Shown here in pieces: positions 1 to 11,926 of a stretch of 64,000 bases of DNA. A model generated the notes under the pieces. It made no database searches, was not told the DNA's origin, and saw nothing but the letters and a program-made list of their open reading frames with translations. The stretch's first letter is position 1. Each line of letters opens with the position of its first letter. The stretch covers positions 45,758,001 to 45,822,000 of the forward strand of contig CM052818.1 of the NCBI GenBank assembly GCA_028534125.1. Reading direction: 5' to 3'. The position numbers and the translations under genes were made by a program. The DNA comes from Lama glama (taxonomy: Eukaryota).

Positions 1-309
1 CGCCTTCGTCTAGGAGGATGCAGCTCTGCCCACAGAGGACAGCTTGGTGAATGAAGCGTGGCCAAACTGCAGCCTCCACTTACTGCTTGATCAGGTACTT
101 TTGTTCAATGAACAACCTGTACAACTCTACACAGCGAGCAACCTACTCATCTGTTTGAAAGTCCTGTGTCCTGGGAACACCCTCAGTCCCGGGCAAATAA
201 GAATGGTTTGTCACCCGACGTGCATGGTAGCCCTGGGTACCAGCGTTGTCGTTCCTTATACTCAGAAATCAGCTTGTCTATTCTCCTAGGTTCCTCATTT
301 ATTTAAGTA

Positions 310-480
310 TATCGAGCATAATGGCAAAAACCTGGGGACTAGACAGACCTGGGCTCCAGTCCCAGCCCTGTTACTTAGTAGCTTTGAGACAAGCAGGTCC
401 CCCACTCTTCTGAGCATCAGCTTTGCAACCATAAAATGGAGGCAGGTAGCATCTACCTCAGAAGTTTGTTGAGAGCCACT
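310..480 (+). mobile_element. MIR SINE relic
   Basis: Degenerate MIR core (agacagacctgggctccagtcccagccctgttacttagtagc...tctgagcatcagctttgcaaccataaaatggagg...tacctcagaagtttgttgagag); boundaries approximate. Confidence 0.6.
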
Positions 481-3400
481 GTCCGTAAAGAAACCAGGGC
501 AGAGCTCGGCAGCCTCTCAGGAAGTGGTGGTTGATGGCACAGAGGAGGAAGCTGCATTCTGGAGGACAAGAGATCCTTCCCGGCAGGAGGGCCTGTACAC
601 ACAGGCATCCCTCAGTACAGTTGTGAGCAGGCTGGGACTCAACTCCACTTCACAAGTTAAAGAGCTGCGAACAAGAGAGCCGAGAGACTGAATGTTGAAT
701 CTGAGCTTTAAGCAGAGACCTCTGTTCCTTCAGCTGATTGATTCACTGCTTAATTCGCGGGTCTCCAGTGAGAAGTAGCCATCAGCATTCTCCCAGCTCT
801 CTGGGATCACGGGCTGGTTCTGGGCAGAACTGGCCATCCAAACAGGGCAGCTCCCACACTGCAGAGTTGCCATTCATGGTGAGGGGGTTTGAGCTTAAAG
901 TCGGACATTTCATGTCTGTTACACGCTCTTTTTCACCAGTGATATTGCAAAGGTTAACTTCTGTGAGAAACAGGGCATGTTAGAGGCCACATTTGCCAAG
1001 CCTTCATTGCCTCCTCCCAGCACTACCCCTTCTGCTGTCCTGCTACACAATTGCTTCAGGATGATCAATAACCCTAACAAAGCCTAGAGTCTGAGTATGC
1101 TTGGAGTGCCTCCAAATCTCCAACCCCAGACTGGGGGTACATGGAAAGGAGAATCACATGTGGCTTTCTGTACAACAGATCTTCAAGGAGAAGGGAGCGG
1201 GTTCACTGAGGCCAGTGACTGTGGATACCGTTCTGCACAGTCATGATGTCTGCCCCGTCCACAGCCCCTGGGAAGGACAGTCCCTCCACACGAGCCATCA
1301 CCATAGCTCAATGGACAGGTGTGGGCGCCTGAACCCAGAGGAGCCCAATTCCAAAGTGGCCAGCTTCCTGCCCTTACTAAACACCCTGCCCCCTACAGCT
1401 CCCCACTCCAGGTGAAAACTTGGCAGAAAAAGTCTTATTTACACAGTAGCAGAGGAAGCCACATCAGCAACCTGGTCCTTTTTTGTTACCCATGAATGGG
1501 GTGGGGTAGGGGACGATGCACTGTTCCTGTGAAGACCTTTAATCAGTCCTTTGGTTTATATTCCTACTCGCCGTTCCCACCTTTGGTCATACCTGCTGAC
1601 CAAGTCCCAGAGCCTCGTCTGTTAGAAGGCTGACTCCTGTTTCCTCTCTGGCCTCTGACATCGTATCTTAGGTTGTAATTTCTCTTTGTGTTTCATCTGT
1701 TTCATCTGGCCACTTTCTACTATCAGCTTCCCATCTTCCAGACGTGTGTTGAAATCTCTTGTGATTTTCTCTCCCCTTTCTAACCCCTTCCCTGTCCCTT
1801 TTTCCCTTTCTGAACTTTTTTTTAAAAAAAAAACCTTCAATATCTTAATTTCAGGGGGAGTTGCGAAAAACAAGAGAAGCAAACTCTGCCTAATGTGTCA
1901 TTTTGAACCAGAAGCCCGTATGTGTCTCTTTAAGCACTGAGTACTGATCAACTTACGGAAAGTCTGCGTCACAAAGCCCACTTTCCATCTCTTATTCAAA
2001 TAGGGTACAAGTCACCCATGTTTTACTGCACATGTCAGAATTTTTTACCATGTTATAGAATGGGCCAAATCAATCATGATGTAAACATGCCAACTCTGAG
2101 GACTTACGATATATTTCTGAGTTAAATCTTACAAAGGAGTTCTGTAATTCATTAACAGTCCTTAATGAATGCTGTTGGCTCTTTCTCCACCCCTCTCAGG
2201 GATGAAGCCAAGAAATCCAATGCAAAAGCTTGGAGCTCTGCAAGAAGACAATAGCAATTGTATAAGATACTGCTGTCGAAATGTATCAGCAATAATTGAT
2301 AGCACTGTGGCTCTCTCAAGTTACTAAGCATTAAAAATAGAAACATGGCTTGCCTGTGTTTCAAACGCTGTCTCATTTCTCATCTGAATATAAACACTAT
2401 CCTTCTGCATATTCCTAATGACTGCACCTCTACCATCTCTCTCTCCTATGTAATAGCTAGTGATTCATTGGAAACAGTGGGAAATTATAGAGATTCTGAG
2501 CAGGGAGTGGAGATCTGGAGGGTCCCTGAAGATGGGCATTTGAGTGGTGCTTTGAAAGGGGGAGGGGGTTGGAAGCCCAGCTGCAACAGGGGTGGTCCTT
2601 GTGCAGAGGTGAGGAGAGGAACTGCTTCAACCCCAGTTGCCAGGCTAGCCCTGTTGCCAAGGAAAACATCACTCAGAACACATCTTCTGCCAGAAGTATC
2701 AACAACTGCAGTTGCAGTTCTCTCCCAAAGTTTAATTTCTTCATTGCAAGGATATTCTTATTTTCCAGGGGTTAAGCAGCCAATTCCTAAGCTGGGCTTC
2801 ACCCTCCACTCCCCTCACCAGCCACCACCACAATCACTGAATAATGAAGTCCTTTAGCTGGAGAGGTATGGCTGCCAGGATGCTTCCTGAAGAGGGATCA
2901 GACCCCACTTTCAATGTTCCAATATTCCCAGGACTTTGCCAACCCTTTGAGACAAAGAGATTTTTGTTTATTTCTAGAGATGATCTCAGGCGGCATTTGG
3001 TCATGTGGGAAAGCTTAGGTTGTTCAGTTGTTATGGGAAGCTTCTAATAGAATCAATCTGGGTTTTTCACACGAAGAGATGGAAGCCAGGTCTCCAAATG
3101 TAGCTGATTTTAAACACATTCCCAGAGTGGAAAGAATACAGGCTTTGGCGTTTCCGCTCACTGAAGCCAAGCGAGTCAGACAAGTCTGGGGAAACATGAC
3201 TGGAATCAAGAGCGGTCAGAGAGATCAATTGCCCTGGGAGGTGAACACAGGGAGCTCTGGATATATTTAAACTATGAGTCACATGACTAGACTCTACTTA
3301 GGCAGAAGTAAAACATGTTTTGCTTTAAATGATTAAACTTAGTTGAACTTAGTACAGGAAAAATGTCTTTTCCCATCTGAAGATTTTTTTCCCAGGCTTA

Positions 3401-3667
3401 AAGAGTTTCAAGATGAGATTTGTTTTCTTAAAGAGAAAGCTTATATCAACAGCTTCCAAATTGGACACATCTGTGGACTCAGAACACCCAAATGACATCA
3501 AATAATGTATCTGGCCCATATTCTACATCTGGTTGGTTAAGACAGCATGTCAAAAAAATAAAAAAGGAAGAAAAGTTATAAATATTTCTCTGGTCTCTTG
3601 ATAATAATACAAATGGATATGGACTTGAATCCCAGATTTATTCCATTTTCTTAGGCATAAAGGTTTT

Positions 3668-3809
3668 CAGTTTTGTTTTGTTTTGTTTTTGAGGGGGGAG
3701 GGAAGTAATTGGGTTTATTTATTTATTTTTAGAGGAGGTACTGGGGATTGAACCCAGGACCTCATGCATGCTAAGCATGTGCTCTACCATTTGAACTATA
3801 CCCTCCCCC
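3668..3809 (-). mobile_element. tRNA-derived SINE, vic-1-like (Camelidae)
   Basis: Reverse complement reads ggggagggtatagttcaaatggtagagcacatgcttagcatgcatgaggtcctgggttcaatccccagtacc (pol III A/B boxes), then an A-rich tail. Flanked by a 16-bp TSD with 2 mismatches: taggcataaaggtttt (3652-3667) / tagacataaagttttt (3810-3825). Confidence 0.8.
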
Positions 3810-4499
3810 TAGACATAAAGTTTTTAATGCCTACTCCTGAAGTAATAAAATAGTAAAATTTCAAGTCTATGGATGGGAAAGTTTAACCAAAATTTCATTT
3901 TAACAATTATTCTGCAATCCTGCCTGGATTTGGGTTAATGTCAAGTCAAGATATGTGAGTTAAACCCTGGATATTTGAAGTGTCCTCCTTTGCAAAGGTT
4001 AGGTTTTGAGGGAGTGAGAGAAATCAAGTCTTAAATAAAATGTAAGCGCGACCAACAATAGCGTCACTAGGTTTGAATTAGCTTTGGCCTGTTTCTTGTG
4101 CTTATTTGGGGATTGCTCTGCTTAAACATAATGAGCATTTTTCTTTCTTTCCTTTTTATCCATTAACCAAAAGCTAGAATTAATAATGATCAGCACCTAT
4201 CGGCTTTTTCCTTAGAGGCAGAGAATGCTTTCCCTGTCTCCTTTTAAATTTTCTCTTTCCCCAAAGTGGTTCCGTTTTTGATGACGGTTTTTAATGAGGC
4301 CTGGCCTTCCGGCGCCAGATCTCCTTTAGGGCAGAGGAGAAGGAAGGGAAGCCCAGGGCCCTTCACTGCCCACTGCCTGCTGCCTCGTGGACAGGCTGGA
4401 GGGGGCATTCCGGTCCGAAGAATCATCGCTCCCCTCCTCCTTCTGTCCTGTCTGAGGTCTGTCACTGCGGGGGAGAGAAGGCAGAAATTTAAGAGTGCG

Positions 4500-5960
4500 A
4501 GGCCCTGCACCTTCATTGTCTTACTCCGTCCTCAGAGGTGTTTCTACCGTCTGGCCCCTTCCTCCAACTTCACATCTGAGGAACAGGAGTCTCGGAGAGG
4601 TGACGTCCCCACCGCCCTGTAACCTCGGAGAGGGCCGGGCTGTGCAGTCACCTCCGCAGACATCACCCCACTCAGGCCTGTCTGGGGGTGCTGGCCTTGG
4701 GCGTGCTTTATATAAAAACAAAAAGCGCGACCGAGTTCTCCCCAGGACCTGTAGGAGCCCCAGTGTGTTCGGTTCGTCCAGGCAGCAGGACCCGAGGGTC
4801 GGGGAGCGAGGACCCCCAAGGAGGGGCGGGACAGGAGGCGGGAAGAGGGGAGGGGCGGAATAGGAGCGGGCGCCGCGCCGACTGCCCTCGCCCCCCATCC
4901 AGTGCCCCTGCGCCCAGCCCTCGCTGCCCGCCCGACTTCCACAGCCGAGGGTCCGCGCCCCCGCCCCTGGCCGCCCGCTTCCCCGGAGCCCCATCCCCGA
5001 CCTCGCCCCGGCTCCAGGCCGGGGGCAGTACCCGGGTCGCCGCCGCGGGATCTCGCCCTGCAGCCCCCGCCGCCCCCTCCCACGCTGCCCTACCCCGGGG
5101 TCTCGTTCCCCCACCCCGACACCACGGCCTGCGCTCCCCGCTCCCGTGGCTCCGCCCCTCCCTCAGGCCCGGGTTCGCATCCCCGCCCCTAGCCGCATCC
5201 CAGAGCCGGGATCTCGCCTCCCCTCGACTTCCCCGCGCCGCCCAGGTCCGCACCCGGCGCCCGGCCGCGCCCCCTCCCGCGTCCCCGCCCCCGGGCCGAG
5301 CAGGCCCGCCGTGCGGCGGGCCTGCTCGGCCGGCGCGCCATGGGCAGCGGCAGCAGCCGGAGCGGCCGCGCCCTGAGGCGGCTGCGCAGCCCTGACAGCC
5401 GCCCAGCGGGGCCCGGCGGGGCAGCCCCGGAGGGCGGGACCGGGCCGCCGGGCGCGGCAGCGGCGGCGGCGGCCCGGGAGGAGGCCCGGGAGGCGGCGGC
5501 GGCGGCGGCAGAGGGGGCGGCCGGCCCCGACCCCGGCCCCGCGGCGCCCCCCGGCGGCGGGGACGAAACCTTGCGCCTGCTGGACCAGCTGCTGGCCGAG
5601 TCGGCGGCCTGGGGCCCCGGGGAGCTGGCCCCGCGAGGCCCGGCGCGGCCCCGACCCGCAGCCGGCGCCGGGAGCCCGGTGAGTGTCGGAGCCCGCGGAG
5701 CCGCTGGGGCCGCCGCGCCGGCTCCTGCCCCGGAGCCCCCTCCCCGCCGGCCCGCCCCCCGTGCACCGTGTCCGCGGAGCCCCTGCCCTGCCCCCAGCCC
5801 CGCGAGCGTCCCGCGGCGCTCGCCCTGCTCGCTGCCTTCCTCCGACCGCCTCCAGTCCCTGCCAGGCTCCCCCGGCCTGCCCGGTGCCCTTTGTGTCACC
5901 CCCCCCCCGTCTCACTGTCCCCGAACCCCGCTGATCGCGCGGCCTCTCCTGCGCGAACTC
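4500..5960. promoter_or_regulatory. CYS1: CpG island / promoter of CYS1
   Basis: Very GC- and CpG-rich stretch spanning the ATG at 5340; several GC boxes (ggggcgg, ccccgccc); TATA-like tataaaaa at 4711-4718; TSS not determinable from sequence. Confidence 0.8.
5340..5678 (+). CDS. CYS1: Cystin-1, coding exon 1 (aa 1-113)
   Basis: Kozak gcgccATGG; translates MGSGSSRSGRALRRLRSP...APEGG...DETLRLLDQLLAESAAWGP, matching cystin (N-myristoylation G2, polybasic stretch, AxEGG ciliary-targeting motif); donor ccg|gtgagt at 5679, phase 0. Confidence 0.95.
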
Positions 5961-7019
5961 CCCCTCTGATTTTCTCCCTCCCTGCGTCCTCTGGGTGCAG
6001 GTCTAACTGCCTCCGATTGAGGGTGGGGGGATGTGAGTGCTGAGAGCAGCCTCCAAGGGCAGAGGGACAGACATCCCTGGGCAGAAATGCGTCTCTAGGG
6101 CTTGCTTCTGGCCAGAGCTCGCCTTTTATTCCTTTTGAAACTGTGGCTCCTTCCAGCATAGGTGGGAGCTGGCCAGGGGTGCTACCTAGCTCTCAGGTAC
6201 CTGCCCCTTGGCCATTCCCTCGGACACTGTTGGAGGAGGGTGCCAGAAGGTGGGACTGGTAGCTGAACAGTGGTTACAAAGGCCCCGCGTGTCAGACCCG
6301 TCAGGATCTCTGCCTTGCGGTCAAGCAATTCGCATACTACTGGCTATTTTTAAGATGCTATGCAATCTCTTTTTGGCTTCCCTCTTCTCTCTTCCAGAAC
6401 ACTTGTAATAACATCCCTGCTGTTCTAGAAAAACAATAAAAATGAGCACTCTCGTTTGGCAACTGTCTTTACTCCAGCAGAACTGAATGAGCAAGATCTT
6501 CAATATCAGCTCCTGGGCTTGAGGAGGATGTCCAAGGCAGTCCTCCCTTCCCTGGAGTCCTGCAGGCTTTGCTTAACAACTGCTGGGGACCTGAGGGAAG
6601 TGTCTTCTGGGGCAGCCACCAAGCAGTAGAATCCTGGAAGCTCCTCAGTGAGGTGGCGGGGAAGGGAGGGGGATGGAAAGGACTGGTCCAACCCAAACAG
6701 TGCAGAGCCTTCCTCCTGTGTCCTCCCGCCCATCGCCTGCTACCCTCTCCAAGTGAGCAGCAAGTGGGACCAAATTATATAACAAGATTCCTGTAAGATT
6801 ACATCAGTGTTCAGTTACATAACCCTAAACATGGATAAACAGTTGAGAAATTCAGAGGAAATTCTGAGGTAGCATGGAAGCAATCTCTTAGTTTTCAGTT
6901 TTCAAGTGTTTTGGCAACTTCAGAAACAAAAATCAGGAGAAAACAGAAAGACTGGATCCCCCCACACTGATTGGCTGGGTGACATAGGGACTCCTAGGGA
7001 GCAGGGGCTGCCTTTCTCC

Positions 7020-7400
7020 TTCTTTCAGTCATTTCTCAGGTATTGTTTGAGCATCTGTTGTGTGCCTGGCTTCACTCTAGGTGCTAGAGATGCTGCGGAC
7101 ATGCATGCTAGGAGCTCGATGCTAAGGAGTTTGGACTTTACCATAAAAGCCATGGGTATCTTTGAAGGATTAGGGGAGTGACATTTTGTGTTTTAGGAAG
7201 GTTGGGCCAACAGCCATGGGGAGGATGAACTTGGCAGAGTAAGACTAGGGGCAAGATGACCAACTGGGGACTACTTCAGTGGTCCAGATGAGCAGGTCCC
7301 GAGTGAAGCAGTGCAGTGAGAGGACTGGGACTGAAGGGGAGACAGAGTCAAGAAAGATGAGGTAAAATCAGCCAGATGTGGTTGCTGTTTTGGATGTGGA
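7020..7400 (-). mobile_element. L2 LINE fragment
   Basis: L2 3'-end-like tattgtttgagcatctgttgtgtgcctggcttcactctaggtgctagagat followed by typical L2 body (ctaaggagtttggactttaccataaaag...); approximate. Confidence 0.55.
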
Positions 7401-8594
7401 CTGTATGTATCTTCTGTACCGCAAATGTTTCCTGAATGAATCCTAGAATCCTAGATTATTAGAGCTGTAAGGAAGCTTGAGTCCAGTTCATTTTTTTCAG
7501 GTCTGGGGAGACAAAGTAAAAAGACTAAAGTCTCTTAGCGTCCTGGCTGTAAAGTTTGTGGGCTAACATGTTAACTGCCTGTATGGCCAGATGACGGGGT
7601 TTATGCTTCTTTGCTTTATAGATTACACCCTTGAATTGAGTCTCTGTCAGTTGCATGTTTTACAAGACTCTGAGTTAACCACTGGGCTCACAAAAAATTG
7701 GGATTTTGATGAATCAGTATCGAAACGCGTAAGTAGAAGTTGGCCCTTCTTCAGAATGTTAGAAATGATGTTCCCAAGGACAGAGAAAAAGTCTGACTGA
7801 GCATATAGATAACACTGTTTTAAATTTCTTTAGGAAGGAAGGAAGGAAACCTTCCTTAGGTTCATAACTCTCTAACATTTTGGAGGGGAGAGGTATTTTT
7901 CCTAAGAGAATATCAAACTCAAGTGAAATTACCCCTTTAAACACCCACATTTAAAAAATTTAACCACTGTTGATTAGAATTCCTTAGGGACTGATTATGT
8001 ATATCTCTGAATCATCTGATCTGTCTGTTATGATCTCTGATTCTGAATATTATGTGTTACACTTGACTATGTTCAAAAATAATTGCAGCTAGTATTTTAA
8101 GTGAGTATGTGGGTCTCAGAGCTGTTTTCATTTCTTTTGTTCTCTTTAAGACACGTGTCACCGAATTATAACATTCTGTCTTGAACTTTTGTACTTAAAC
8201 TGTCTCACAAGCAGCTTTTCATGTTGCTGCATAATATTCTTAATTATTACTTTAATGAACGTGAAATTTTCCATCAAGTTCATGTACTGTAATTCACTAA
8301 ACCGTCTCCTATCACTGTTCTGGATTAATTTTCAACTTGTGCCTATGCAGTCTTAGGTGCCCAAGGCAGAATTCCTTTCCCAAAGTCAGTGGAACTTTAA
8401 AATCAACAGTATTTTAGTGGGATTTTGAAACTGAAAACTATTTAGGGTGGGAAAACTATGTGTAAAAAGTTAAGGGTTTGGATTTGTCTTTCATTAAGTT
8501 ATTTAATCAAACTGTGATTTTTTTTAAAATGCAGTAGTATCTCTGCCAATCAGTGAACTCTTGATTAGAAAAACGTTCAGTCTCATATTGATCT

Positions 8595-10020
8595 ATCCAT
8601 TCAACGTATATTTTTGAGCACCTACGTGGGACAGATTCTGTTCCAGGTGCTGGTTATACATTAGTAAAGTAAACAGAAAAATCCTCTGCTAAGATCCTGG
8701 TCGTGTAGGTCCAACAGTGCACAAAATAAAATATAAAGAGCAAAAAAGCAACAGGGGTTGGGAGAGCAGAAGCAGGCCCGGGTTGTCATTTTAAATCAGT
8801 GATAACCCAGGTGTTACTGAGGAGGAGGTGTTTGGGCAAAGACGTGAAGAAGGCAAGGGCCAGCGGTGCTTCTGTGGGCGCGAGGGGTCAGTAAGTCAGA
8901 GGCCCTGGGGTGGAGCCTGGAGGTTGTGCTGACAGAGCCGTGAGCTGGGCAGTGTGGCCGGAGTGGAGGGAGCAGGGCAGAGCCGTGGGAGACAGGGCAG
9001 TGGCCTGATGCCTGGGCAGAGCGTGGCGAGCCTTGTGGCCACCGTAAGGCCCTGGCTTTTACTTTGAATGAGGTGGAAAATTCTGGAGGGCTTTGAACAG
9101 CGGATGACGTGATCTGGTTGGTGTTATGGCTCACCCTGGCTGCCATGTTGAAGACCGACTGGGATGTGGTGGCGGGGCCAAAGCTGGGAACAGATTTGGG
9201 AGGCTTCTGCAGTCATCCAGGTGAGAAGAGGGATTGGTGTGGACCAGGGTGCTAGTGAGGGAAGTGGTGAGGGCTGATTGGCTTATGGACCTGGATTACA
9301 GATAGAGGCAGCCAGTTTACCAGTGGATTAGCTGTGGGGTGTGTGGGAAAGGAGTCAAAGTAGACCCCAGAGTGTTTGGCTTGAGCAGCTAGAAGAATAT
9401 GGCTGCCATTAACTGACATGGGAAATGGGGAAGGGGCAGGTGTGGGGTATTGTTAATCAGGAACTTGGTTTTGAATATGTTACGTCTGAGATACGTGTTA
9501 GACATCTCTGTAGAGCTGTCAGGTGAAAGGAGCTTTACAAGAGTTTGGCCTTCAGGGGAGAGGTTGGGTTTGGAGTTAATGCTTTGGGGAGTCCTTAGAA
9601 CATAGGAGGGTGGCGATTAGATCAGATCACCAGTAATGATGATGCCTGCCAACACATAACTATCCCACTGATGGTGTACCAGGCTCTGCTCTGGATGTTT
9701 GCGTGTGTGACCTTGTTCAGGAGTAGAGACGATGAGGGGACAGCCTGTAAAGGGGAAGAAAACCAAGAGGATGTGGGGTCTGGAAGCCAAGGGAGGAAAG
9801 CATGTGAAGAAGGAGCAAGTGGCCAGCTCTTGTAAATGCTGCTTGATGGACAAGCGAGATGAAGCCTGAGAGCTGTCCGGTGTGTGTGATGACCTGGAGG
9901 CCCCTGGTGCCCTTGGTCAGAGCCCCTTCAGTGGAGCAGTGGGGGAACCCTGGTGGGCCAGAGTTGATGGAGAACCGGAGGAACTGGAGAGTGGCCAGCA
10001 CTTTCAGGAAGGTTCTTTTT
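8595..10020 (-). mobile_element. L2 LINE fragment(s)
   Basis: cattcaacgtatatttttgagcacctac...ccaggtgctgg start and L2-like body (ccctggcttttactttgaatgaggtgg, ggagtcaaagtagacccc, tttggcttgagcagctagaagaat); approximate. Confidence 0.65.
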
Positions 10021-11881
10021 ACAGTGCAGTGGTAGGTGGGTAGCCATAAATATGACTCTGTTAAGGGTCCTGAATTAACCATAAAATCGCAGTCATAGAA
10101 TGGGCTAGATAAAAGAAGTTTCGGGGGTTACGCGTGCTAGTGAAATTCAAAGACACCTTTAAAGAGGAAATTTTGATTCAGTCCAGTATACATAAATTCA
10201 GTATTTTTACTAACAGGTGATAATGCAGACTTCCCCCCTCCTCTGCCTAATAAATCCAAGTCACTCAAGATCAAGGGAAGTTCATATCTGTCTTCTCCTT
10301 AGCCTGAATGAATCCGTTCTCCACCATTTTTGCAAAGGTTCCATTTGGCTCTAGCAAAGGAGGGTGGGGGTAACTCTTTCTTGCCTGTTACCATCAGCCA
10401 GGGCTTCACAGTGATCCTGGCTCACACCTGCTGTGGGATGTGAGGGGAAAACAGGCAGTCAGAATGATTACATGGCTGAAAAGCAGATATACCACAGGGA
10501 TTTGAAAGTGATGGATAATACAATGGACTTTCTGGGGAAAAAAAACCCGCTATTTTGAAGACAGTTACATCTGTCTCCATTCAGATCTACAGCAAAGAAC
10601 ACACATTTAAGTGGCAGTAAGCGGTATTTGATCAACCTAGGACACACTAAAGAGTAAAACATATTGCTGACACCTAAAATCTCATCCTGTGTTGGGGAGG
10701 CTGGTGTAAACGAGCATTCATCATTCATCGTGCAGTAGAGTAAGTGGGAGAGGAGGTGAATAACCCCAGCTGAGGCTGAAGTCTTCCTATCCGAGAACAC
10801 CTGACATCTGAGTTGGTTCTAAAGGATCAGTAGTTTTCCAGCAGTTGATAAAGGAGGGAGCATCCCATCCAGAGCGAGCAGCATGTAGAAAACCCCAGAG
10901 GGACAAACGTGCTTCAGGAGAACAGTGTGCCTTCCGTAATGTTCGGGCAGCAAGGTGATGGTGGACGGATGCAAAAAGCAACGAGATTGGTCTGGATCAC
11001 GATTTCACAACCTTCTGGGCTGAGGGGTTGAACTTTATCCTGTGGGCGGTGGGGAGCAAGTAGAAGTTTTCTGTGTTTTTCATTTTTACATGTTTATTTA
11101 AAAAATCAGAATAGGTAGTATACATGCACATGAGGAAAATTGTAAGAAGTACACTTAAAGGACAGCTTCCCTTCCTCCCTGTCCCCACCTTTCCTTAGTT
11201 CCCTTCTCCAGATGCCCACTGATGGATTCCTCGTGTCTCCTCCCTAGCCGGTGTTTAGAAAGACAAGCGGTGGCAGGAGGGAGGGGCATGAGAGGGGACC
11301 ACGCAGGGAGCGGTGTGCCCAGGTGGGAGACGCAGCAGAAATCCAGGCAAGGGAGATGAGAGAAGGCGAGGTATGCTGGGTGTGATAACAAGGGAAGGTG
11401 AGTTTCTAGAAAGGTGCCAAAGTTTCTTGCTGATGTAGTGGAGTTGATACTGATGCTCAGTGTTGAACACGTTGGGTTTGGGTTGTAAGGCAGATAGGTT
11501 CCATGGGCTGTCAGAAACTCACATCCACTGTAGGAAGCAGTTGGAGCTGGCGGGGAACTCTGAGCCTTAGCATCTGGGGGGGGGGCTACGGGGGAAGAGC
11601 ACGCGCGCGGCTGGAGGGGAGTCCTGAGCTGGAGCCCTGGAGAACACCAGGAGCAGGAGGAGGACTCTCAGGAGATGCATAGAAACAGTGAGATTTCAGA
11701 GTGCTCCATGCATTTGCCTGCAGGTGGGGTAGGAGGTGTGACCTCACAGGGCTCCCTCCCTCCATGGTTCCAGGATGCTGGCTCTGTCCGTGGTTGAAGC
11801 AGAGGCTCCCAGCACCTATCCTGATGCCAGGCCTCAGGGACTGCTCCTGAGTGCGGGGTGTGGGGAAGTGGACCGGCGTCA

Positions 11882-11926
11882 CTGCCTGGAGAGATGCTGC
11901 CTGGAGAGATGCTGCCTGGAGAGACG
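11882..11926. repeat. 15-bp tandem repeat x3
   Basis: ctgcctggagagatg x2 plus ctgcctggagagacg. Confidence 0.9.

Noticed and set aside
3740..3809. tRNA-like sequence (also 27025-27098)
   Set aside because: Head of a tRNA-derived SINE with A-rich tail and TSD, not a functional tRNA gene
5679..5969. In-frame read-through of CYS1 exon 1 giving a 209-aa ORF
   Set aside because: A strong gtgagt donor at 5679 and phase-compatible exons 2 and 3 explain the gene; the extension is Pro-rich intronic sequence
4244..6159. Many long overlapping ORFs (up to 352 aa) on both strands around CYS1 exon 1
   Set aside because: Low-complexity G/R/P/A translations expected from stop-poor CpG-island DNA; only the 5340 frame matches a known protein
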